DNA of 33,101 nt from a virus. Taxonomy: Duplodnaviria; Caudoviricetes. The notes under the pieces were generated by a model. It had not been told where the DNA came from, ran no database searches, and was given only the letters and a program-made list of their open reading frames with translations. The DNA is taken from the IMG/VR virus record IMGVR_UViG_3300020042_001306, positions 1 through 33,101 of that record. One strand, 5' to 3'. This document shows, piece after piece, positions 26,506-33,101 of this stretch. Numbering within the stretch: the first letter of the stretch is position 1; each line of letters starts with the position of its first letter. Made by a program: the position numbers and the translations under genes.

Positions 26506-26521
26506 TGGAAAGGAGATGCCA

Positions 26522-28426
26522 ATGCTTTGGTTAGATTTTGAAACCCGTAGTGAATGCGACCTACGCGCTAAAGGCGTGTACAACTACGCGCAAGATGCCA
26601 GCACCGATGTACTGTGCATGTCCTATGCGTTTGACGACGAAGACGTGGTGACGTGGCTGCCCAGCCAGCCTTTCCCTGCGCGTGTGCTTAATTACACCGG
26701 CCAGATCAGGGCGCATAACTCCGCGTTTGAGCGCTTGATCTTTTGGTATGTTTTACAAATAGATTTTAAGTTGGATCAGTTTTATTGCACTGCAACACAA
26801 GCCCGCGCCAACTGCGCGCCTGGCAGTCTGGAAGACGTTGGCCGCTTTGCTGGCGCGTCTATGAAAAAAGATCACCGAGGCGCGCAACTGATCCGCTTGA
26901 TGTGTGTGCCGCCGTTCAAAGACTCGCCAGAACTTATGGCTGAGATGATCCAGTATTGTGAGCAAGACGTGCGCGCCATGCGGGCGATCAGCAAGGCCAT
27001 GCGCGATCTGTCTGACGAAGAATTATTGGACTACCACGTCAACGAACGCATCAACGATCGCGGCGTGTTGGTTGACGTGCCGCTGTGCCAAGCGGCCGTT
27101 AAGTTTGCCTCAGAAGAACTAACTGAGATTGAGCAAATCGTGCAAGAAGTCACGGGCGGCGCCATCGCGTCTGTCCGGTCGCCGCGTATGCGTGAGTGGG
27201 TACTTGAGCGTGTTGGGCCAGAGGCCAAGAAGCTGATGGAGAAAGACGGCAAGTATTCGATTGACAAAACAGTCCGAGCCAATTTACTTTTAATGGAGAA
27301 CCCCGATGAAGTCCCAGCCGATGTCCAAGAAGTCATTCAATGCGCAGACGACCTTTGGGCGTCGTCGGTTGCAAAATTCAGTCGACTTGCCGCTTTGGCA
27401 GATGTCGAAGATGAGCGAGTCCGAGGAGCGTTTGTATTTGCAGGCGGTTCAGCAACAGGACGCGCATCGTCCTATGGCGCCCAGGTTCACAACTTCACCC
27501 GAAAATGCGCAGATGAACCCGACGATGTCCGTCACGCAATGGTGCGAGGCCATGCAATCGTGCCAAGGTATGGAAAGCGCGTTACCGATGTTCTTAAAGG
27601 AATGCTCCGGCCTGCAATCATTCCCGCCGCCGGCAAACACCTTGTCGTCGCCGATTGGGCAGCCATCGAAGCCAGAGTCAACCCCTGGCTCTCCGGCCGA
27701 GGTCAAGACAAGCTGGAACTATTCCGCACTGGGGAAGACGTTTATAAAGTCAATGCAGCCGCCACCTTCGGCGTCCGAGTGGCCGACGTCACCAAAGACC
27801 AACGCCAAATTGGAAAAGTTCAGGAACTTGCCTGTGGCTTTGCTGGTGGCGTCGGCGCTTTTGCTGCCATGGGCCGCGCTTATGGAATTAGCCTTCCAGA
27901 ACATGTGGCTAAACGCATGGTGGATAGCTGGCGCCGCGCTAATGCTTGGAGCGTTCCTTATTGGTCGGCGCTAGAAGAATCTTATACCCGCGCCATGCGC
28001 AACAAAGGGCGTGAGTTTAAGGCCGGCCGTATAACATATTTATATGATGGCCAGCACCTATGGTATGCCCTACCCTCTGGCCGGATTTTGTGCTACCCCT
28101 ATGCAAAATTAGAACCTGAGGGTGTCAGTTATGCCAAAGCGGCATGGAAGCCTGCGCAAGACGCAAAAGAATGGCCACGCGCCCGTCTGTGGAAAGGCTT
28201 GGCATGTGAAAATGTAACCCAGGCCGTGGCCAACGATCTGCTTCGCCACGCCCTGCGCCAACTCGATGACGTTGTGCTGCATGTGCATGATGAAATCGTA
28301 TTAGAGACAAACCGCGCAGACGCCGCTGAAAATCTAAAACGTGTGATGTGTACAGCGCCAGCATGGGCCGATGGCTTGCCCTTGAACGCTGAAGTTGAAA
28401 CTATGACCCGCTACGGAAAGGGCTGA
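26522..28426 (+). CDS. Family A DNA polymerase with 3'-5' exonuclease
   Basis: LDFET, AHNSAFE, YCEQDV, ATGR, ADWAAIEAR (motif A), RQIGKVQELACGF (B), HVHDEI (C); AGGAG spacing favours ATG 26522. Confidence 0.95.
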   Translation: MLWLDFETRSECDLRAKGVYNYAQDASTDVLCMSYAFDDEDVVTWLPSQPFPARVLNYTGQIRAHNSAFERLIFWYVLQIDFKLDQFYCTATQARANCAPGSLEDVGRFAGASMKKDHRGAQLIRLMCVPPFKDSPELMAEMIQYCEQDVRAMRAISKAMRDLSDEELLDYHVNERINDRGVLVDVPLCQAAVKFASEELTEIEQIVQEVTGGAIASVRSPRMREWVLERVGPEAKKLMEKDGKYSIDKTVRANLLLMENPDEVPADVQEVIQCADDLWASSVAKFSRLAALADVEDERVRGAFVFAGGSATGRASSYGAQVHNFTRKCADEPDDVRHAMVRGHAIVPRYGKRVTDVLKGMLRPAIIPAAGKHLVVADWAAIEARVNPWLSGRGQDKLELFRTGEDVYKVNAAATFGVRVADVTKDQRQIGKVQELACGFAGGVGAFAAMGRAYGISLPEHVAKRMVDSWRRANAWSVPYWSALEESYTRAMRNKGREFKAGRITYLYDGQHLWYALPSGRILCYPYAKLEPEGVSYAKAAWKPAQDAKEWPRARLWKGLACENVTQAVANDLLRHALRQLDDVVLHVHDEIVLETNRADAAENLKRVMCTAPAWADGLPLNAEVETMTRYGKG

Positions 28427-28427
28427 C

Positions 28428-28820
28428 ATGACAGAACAATGGCGCGCAGTGCCAAATTTTGAAACGTATTACGAAGTTAGCGATCACGGAAACGTGCGTT
28501 CGTTGCCTCGTTATGTGCCGTATGGCCGACACAAAGGGGCAACCTATGCCGGTCGTGATTTAAAGCAGTTTGTAACAAATGATTATTTGAGCGTAAAACT
28601 GGCAAGAGGCGGCATCACAAAAACAACGTATGTACACGCGCTTGTATTGCAGGCGTTTGTCGGTGAACGCCCAATTACAGAAGATCGCGGTGAGATACGT
28701 CACCTTGATGGCGACAGAACAAACAACACGCTGTCCAACTTGGTTTATGGAACCGTGGTGGAAAACGGCGCAGATCGAGTTAAACACAACAAAATGAAGG
28801 CAACCTATGAACTTTCTTGA
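28428..28820 (+). CDS. NUMOD4-HNH homing endonuclease
   Basis: EQWRAVPNFE..YEVSDHGNVRS; VH.LV..AF, IRHLDGD.TNN.L.NL...T..EN. Confidence 0.9.
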   Translation: MTEQWRAVPNFETYYEVSDHGNVRSLPRYVPYGRHKGATYAGRDLKQFVTNDYLSVKLARGGITKTTYVHALVLQAFVGERPITEDRGEIRHLDGDRTNNTLSNLVYGTVVENGADRVKHNKMKATYELS

Positions 28821-31110
28821 ATTTTTAACGTCTTTGGCTCCCGAAGGTGAGACTGCGCTGATCGTGCGTCAGAAGCCCCAACTGAAAGATGGGCAGATGC
28901 AATTCTTCCCAGACGGCGCGATCAAATGCACATGGCCGGCTATGTTGCCGACCGCCAAGATCAAACCCGAATGGGCAATCTATGGCAACACTGCCAGCTT
29001 TATTGTCGACCGCTTTAAAGACGGCTATCCAAGCGCCAGCGTGGCGCATTGCGAGTATGTGCTTGTGATGGTGTTGGATGACGTGGGCGACCCTGAGAAG
29101 GCCCCTAACATTCCGACCCTAGACCCGACTTGGAAAATAGAAACGTCGCCTGGTTCTTTTCAATGGGGTTATGCTTTTGTCGAGCAGCCCACCAAAGCAG
29201 ATTTTGCCGCCGCCATCAAAGCAATCGCCGATGCAGGCTATACCGACAAGGGCGCAGTCAACGCCGTGCGCAACTTTCGCCTGCCCGGCTCGATCAATCT
29301 GAAGCCCGGCCGTGATAACTTTGCGGCCAAGCTGGTGGCGTTTAACCCTGAACGTGATTTCACCCTAGACCAAATCTGCGCCGCTTTGAACGTGACGCCG
29401 GCCCCTGCCGAGTCGGTCGGTGTGCGTCCGATCCGATTGTCAGATGACGGCGCCGATGATGTCATGGCGTGGCTTAGTGGCCATGGCGCGCTACTGTCAC
29501 GCCCCAACAATGAAGGCTGGGCTGGCGTGATCTGCCCCAACAACGCCGAGCATACCGATGGCAACCCTGAAGGCCGCTACATGCCAGCGAACCGCGCCTA
29601 CCGTTGCCTGCATAGCCACTGCATCGAATTTGACTCTAATGCATTTCTAAAATGGGTCGCTGACAATGGCGGCCCCAAGCATGCCCCAGGTCTTCGGGAT
29701 GAGTTACTTGCCTTGGCCATGGATGCGGCGCTTTCCAAGCTGACACCGTCCGACATGTTCACAGATGACGCCGCCGCCGTGATCGCCGAGGTTGAGCGAA
29801 AAGAACTTGGCCGCGTTGAGAAGTCGCAATGGTATGAGCGCTTCGCGTACATTCAAGACGACGAATCTTATTTCGACATGCAAGACCGCCGCGAAATCTC
29901 GCGCCAGACCTTTAACGCTTTGTTTCGTCACATCCCTTGCAAGTCAATACATGGTAAAAACCCTAAGGTTGAAGCCTCAGTGTGCTTTGACGAGAACCGC
30001 CAAAAATACGGCGCGAAGGCCCTTGTCGGCATAACGTACGCCGCTGGCGAATCGGTCATTGTGGCCCGTGATGGTGATCTGTATGGCAACCGCTGGCGTG
30101 ATGCCAGGCCGCCAGTGGCCGCCGGTAGCGTCGCCCCATGGATGGACCACTGCAAAACGCTTGTGCCTGATCAGCGCGAACTAGATCACATCTTGAACGT
30201 GATGGCCTTTAAGTTACAGCACCCCAACATCAAAATCAATCACGCCGTGTTGCATGGCGGCGACCAAGGGTCCGGTAAAGATACCATGTGGGCGCCGTTC
30301 ATTTGGGCCGTATGCGGCCCGCACCTTAAAAACCGTGGCCTGCTGGACAACGACACAATGAGCAGCCAATTTGGCTACGCCCTCGAATCCGAAATCTTGA
30401 TCTTGAATGAGTTGAAAGAACCCGACGCAAAAGAGCGCCGCGCGCTGGCCAACAAATTAAAGCCCATCATCGCCGCGCCGCCTGAAATGTTGACAGTGAA
30501 CCGCAAGGGCCTGCACCCCTACCAAATGGCGAACAGGGTTTTTGTGTTGGCATTTTCCAATGACCCCGTGCCGATTAGCCTAGATTCTCAGGACCGTCGT
30601 TGGATGTGCATTTGGTCCCATGCCCCGCGTATGGCCGCCGACGCCGCCGCGCGTATGTGGGAATGGTACAAAACCGGCGGGTTCGCGGCCGTGGGCGCCT
30701 GGCTGCAAGCGCGCGACGTGAGCGCCTTCAATCCTGGCGCGGCGCCGATGATGACCGAATTTAAATTAAACCTTGTCGAGCATGGCATGAGCATGGCCGA
30801 AAGTTACCTTGTCGAATTGATGCGCGGGCGCCTGGGCGAGTTTTCTAAGGGCGTGGTCGCGTCGCCCTTTCATGCATTATGTGACCGCGTGGCTGGCGCC
30901 GCTCCGGCCGGTGTGAAGGTCCCCCAGCCAGCGCTATTGCATGCGTTAAAGGAAGCCGGCTGGGTCGACCTGGGCCGCGTTGCGTCGGGTGATTGCCCCA
31001 GTAAAAAGCATATGTTTTGCGCGCCTGAAATGGCCAACATGAGCAAATCGGACATGCGCCGCATGGTCGAAGATCTGCCGGCGCCCATGGCCGTGCGTTT
31101 GGTGAGATAA
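28807..31110 (+). CDS. Primase-helicase (RepB-like primase, Zn-binding region, SF3/DUF5906-like helicase)
   Basis: LDD, IETSPGSFQW, RLPGSIN.K; CP...H...C.H..C; Walker A GDQGSGKD; LNE; FSN; DRRW. Confidence 0.9.
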   Translation: MNFLEFLTSLAPEGETALIVRQKPQLKDGQMQFFPDGAIKCTWPAMLPTAKIKPEWAIYGNTASFIVDRFKDGYPSASVAHCEYVLVMVLDDVGDPEKAPNIPTLDPTWKIETSPGSFQWGYAFVEQPTKADFAAAIKAIADAGYTDKGAVNAVRNFRLPGSINLKPGRDNFAAKLVAFNPERDFTLDQICAALNVTPAPAESVGVRPIRLSDDGADDVMAWLSGHGALLSRPNNEGWAGVICPNNAEHTDGNPEGRYMPANRAYRCLHSHCIEFDSNAFLKWVADNGGPKHAPGLRDELLALAMDAALSKLTPSDMFTDDAAAVIAEVERKELGRVEKSQWYERFAYIQDDESYFDMQDRREISRQTFNALFRHIPCKSIHGKNPKVEASVCFDENRQKYGAKALVGITYAAGESVIVARDGDLYGNRWRDARPPVAAGSVAPWMDHCKTLVPDQRELDHILNVMAFKLQHPNIKINHAVLHGGDQGSGKDTMWAPFIWAVCGPHLKNRGLLDNDTMSSQFGYALESEILILNELKEPDAKERRALANKLKPIIAAPPEMLTVNRKGLHPYQMANRVFVLAFSNDPVPISLDSQDRRWMCIWSHAPRMAADAAARMWEWYKTGGFAAVGAWLQARDVSAFNPGAAPMMTEFKLNLVEHGMSMAESYLVELMRGRLGEFSKGVVASPFHALCDRVAGAAPAGVKVPQPALLHALKEAGWVDLGRVASGDCPSKKHMFCAPEMANMSKSDMRRMVEDLPAPMAVRLVR

Positions 31111-31141
31111 AAAAAAGGCCCCTATCACTAGGGGCCTTAAA
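31108..31141. terminator. Terminator between convergent units (U-tail on the - strand)
   Basis: A8 overlapping AAGGCCCCTA-tcac-TAGGGGCCTT, a 10-bp stem. Confidence 0.8.
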
Positions 31142-31155
31142 GGTTTTGGCAACTG

Positions 31156-31218
31156 CTACAGATCCAAAAGAACCGCCAGCAGCGCCGCGATTATAACCGC
31201 GATCAGGACAAAAATCAT
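31156..31218 (-). CDS. 20-aa hydrophobic micropeptide
   Basis: MIFVLIAVIIAALLAVLLDL*; ATGA overlap with the upstream gene. Confidence 0.5.
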   Translation of the reverse strand: MIFVLIAVIIAALLAVLLDL

Positions 31219-31424
31219 CGCATCATCGCTTCCATGGCGCCCCGGCTCATAAGCCGGCGGGCCTCGGGGCCTTCGGCTATGGCCATTTTATATTCGTGAT
31301 CGTCGACCTTGCCTAATTCGTGCCTATAGCCCAGGTCGACATAATAATGGTCGGCATAGGTGAGCGGGCGCATGGTCGCGATTATTTCCCGCATCAGTGG
31401 GTGTAGATTGTCTTTAACTTTCAT
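31215..31424 (-). CDS. Hypothetical early protein
   Basis: GAGG RBS; 69 aa. Confidence 0.65.
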   Translation of the reverse strand: MKVKDNLHPLMREIIATMRPLTYADHYYVDLGYRHELGKVDDHEYKMAIAEGPEARRLMSRGAMEAMMR

Positions 31425-31722
31425 ATTGATCCTCTTGGGTGTAAGTGGCCGCTGGCGCTTCGCTTAGGTTTTCATAAAAGCCGGTCAACGTGTTTTCGCC
31501 GCCGTACGGCGCGCCCCGGCCCTGGTGGCCCCGGCCACTGTTTAGCGCGTAATAGCGCGTTACATAATCGGCCGTTGAATAAAAATAGTCGGGAAAGTAT
31601 CGGCGCTCCGGCCCCTTACTTTTGACAATCTTATGCTTACCGGTGCATTTGGCATGCGCTGCGAAAATGTCACGGTCGTCATTTATTTTGTAGGCCGTGC
31701 GGCCAATAGTTACGGTTTTCAT
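31414..31722 (-). CDS. Hypothetical early protein
   Basis: AAGGGG RBS; 102 aa; RYFP....STADYV..Y motif. Confidence 0.7.
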   Translation of the reverse strand: MKTVTIGRTAYKINDDRDIFAAHAKCTGKHKIVKSKGPERRYFPDYFYSTADYVTRYYALNSGRGHQGRGAPYGGENTLTGFYENLSEAPAATYTQEDQYES

Positions 31723-31946
31723 GGTAGCCCCTTAAAAAAATCAATTGAATAAACAATGTCGCCCTCAAATTCAGAAGGGATTAAATAACTGTCATACCCT
31801 TGCGCCGTCAAATACTCTTCAACGTCGACCGGGTTCATAATGGCCCGTTCGTCAATTCGATTGACAATTACCATGGGCGCCGCGTCGCCCCCGATTAAAA
31901 ATTGGCCGTGCGTCATATGGCCGAATAAAATTTCAACATGTTGCAT
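31719..31946 (-). CDS. Hypothetical acidic early protein
   Basis: 75 aa; ATGA overlap downstream. Confidence 0.6.
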   Translation of the reverse strand: MQHVEILFGHMTHGQFLIGGDAAPMVIVNRIDERAIMNPVDVEEYLTAQGYDSYLIPSEFEGDIVYSIDFFKGLP

Positions 31947-31978
31947 TTTTACTGTACCCTTAGGTTATAGCGCGCACC

Positions 31979-32025
31979 AGCGCGCGCCCCTATACGGCCA
32001 CCAGGGCCGCATAAGGTCGCGCGCT
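31979..32025 (-). promoter_or_regulatory. Long intergenic RNA hairpin
   Basis: 21-position stem with 5-nt loop; on the - strand 18 Watson-Crick pairs, 2 G-U pairs and 1 mismatch. Confidence 0.6.
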
Positions 32026-32251
32026 AGATAGTGCAGCAGCCGCAGCATGGTGCGTCAATACACCGGCCGCGCGGGTTTCGGTAGAACGTGCTGGGGCCGT
32101 TTTCACCGTAAAAAACGACCTTAGAATCGCCCGGTTCGGTTAACCATGCGCGGCGCGTTATCGTGTCGAATTTAATGTCATCGCCCGGGTTTATACGGGC
32201 GCCGCTTTGGGCACAGTGGCCGGGGTATTTGGCCCGCATGGTTTTAATCAT
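32024..32251 (-). CDS. Small Cys-rich protein (RCIDAPCCGCC tail)
   Basis: AKYPGHC..SG..I.PGD.I; AAAGGG RBS favours ATG 32251. Confidence 0.7.
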   Translation of the reverse strand: MIKTMRAKYPGHCAQSGARINPGDDIKFDTITRRAWLTEPGDSKVVFYGENGPSTFYRNPRGRCIDAPCCGCCTI

Positions 32252-32423
32252 TGTGTGCCCCTTTATCAAAAAATGTAAACATGTCGCACGCGCTGCAATA
32301 CGTGCGCCATTGGCCGCGCTTTGGCGGGTTTTCTACTGGCGCCGGCTGGCCAGCCAATGGCCGGCTGCAATTGAAGCATGGGACCGGCTGGCCGGGCGCG
32401 ATAATCGGGAATAATTTATTCAT
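32244..32423 (-). CDS. Small Zn-ribbon protein
   Basis: CFNC...CSAC; ATG 32423 in an ATGA overlap. Confidence 0.65.
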   Translation of the reverse strand: MNKLFPIIAPGQPVPCFNCSRPLAGQPAPVENPPKRGQWRTYCSACDMFTFFDKGAHND

Positions 32424-33079
32424 GATGCAAGCCTTAAATTGATAACGCGATGACGCGAACCATGCGCCGGGAAACCTACAATGACCGCGCGCTGGCGCTG
32501 GCACAATTGGCACGTCGCGCACGATACGTCGTCGCGCTGGGTGGCTGGGCAAACGACGACCGGCCGGCCGGCTGGCGTTTTTAGGTTTTCGTTTTGCGTT
32601 GACGGTAAGACAACAACGACCGGGCCAGCGTTTTGATCGGCCAAATAATCGGCGTCATTTAAATCATTGGCCGATAAATTGACGGTGAAACCCCAGGCAT
32701 TCGCATGCCGGATCCAATCAATCGACGCCGCGTCGCGGTGGTGCGAATAAGTAAACCCGCGTTTATCTTTATTGGCCGCGACCAATTGGCCTAATTTGAC
32801 CGGGTCAATTGTCCCGTTTTGCTGGGGCAAATCGCCAGCCTGGTTATGGCGCCACAATTGGCCAGCGGGTAGCGCTTCGATTGTGTCGCAGAATTCGGGC
32901 CATGATGCGCCGCGCTTTTTATCGCTCACGGCGGCCCAGTGTAGCGCCAGCGGGCCGCTGGCCGCGTAGCATTCGGCCTTCATTTTGCAATCGGCCGGGC
33001 AACTGTCGCGTTCGGTCGTTGACACTGGAATTGGGCCGGTTTTGACGTTCGCGCTTTTTAGTGTGAGATGTACTTGCAT
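32420..33079 (-). CDS. Cys-rich Gp88-like phage protein (possible Fe-S enzyme)
   Basis: N.KTG.IPVS, CPADC....ECYA, RHNQAGD, FTYSH, NLSAN, CPA...SCATCQLC, GFPAHG. Confidence 0.75.
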   Translation of the reverse strand: MQVHLTLKSANVKTGPIPVSTTERDSCPADCKMKAECYAASGPLALHWAAVSDKKRGASWPEFCDTIEALPAGQLWRHNQAGDLPQQNGTIDPVKLGQLVAANKDKRGFTYSHHRDAASIDWIRHANAWGFTVNLSANDLNDADYLADQNAGPVVVVLPSTQNENLKTPAGRPVVVCPATQRDDVSCATCQLCQRQRAVIVGFPAHGSRHRVINLRLAS

Positions 33080-33101
33080 GTTATTTCACCAATACATCAA
33101 A

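Larger units (their letters stand above)
1..33101. mobile_element. Partial genome of a P22-like podovirus-type Caudoviricetes phage
   Basis: Colinear portal, scaffold, coat, gp4, gp10, ejection proteins and lysozyme, plus a phage-type replication module; dense overlapping genes; no host housekeeping genes. Confidence 0.97.

Noticed and set aside
27306-27974. 222-aa alternative-frame ORF inside the polymerase
   Set aside because: No convincing RBS or motifs; typical off-frame product of codon bias
1-33101. tRNA, integrase/att site, terminase, DGR or stop-codon reassignment
   Set aside because: None recognised; genes are intact in the standard code; the terminase probably lies outside the window

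Overview
The whole window is most of the genome of a tailed dsDNA bacteriophage with a P22-like (podovirus-type) virion module. It probably infects a proteobacterium; the host is inferred, not shown. On the + strand, 1-21574 carries small Lys-rich proteins, a groES remnant, a P22-like portal, a ~4.3 kb accessory block (Dps-like protein, fibre proteins, a 2OG-Fe(II) oxygenase), scaffold, P22-type coat, decoration proteins, gp4/gp10-like tail hub, a cupin-SET fusion, three ejection proteins and a lysis cassette with a GH24 lysozyme. On the - strand, 21521-24617 carries small genes, an SNF2 helicase and a VRR-NUC nuclease. A divergent promoter region separates these from a + strand replication module at 24702-31110 (Cas4-like exonuclease, SSB-like protein, family A DNA polymerase, NUMOD4-HNH, primase-helicase). 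A - strand cluster of small, often Cys-rich, probably early genes occupies 31156-33079. No terminase, integrase, tRNA or CRISPR array was seen. Most notable: (i) a SET-domain methyltransferase fusion in the virion/ejection operon, co-occurring with a 2OG oxygenase and Lys-rich peptides, suggesting a virion protein-modification system; (ii) mix-and-match virion appendages built from shared anchor peptides (LLTExG-LVQE, TKxxGVAYxD) and a shared tip domain; (iii) a GroES C-terminal remnant that holds the portal RBS; (iv) RNA hairpins and restriction-site avoidance. All family assignments come from motif recognition by eye; no searches were run.
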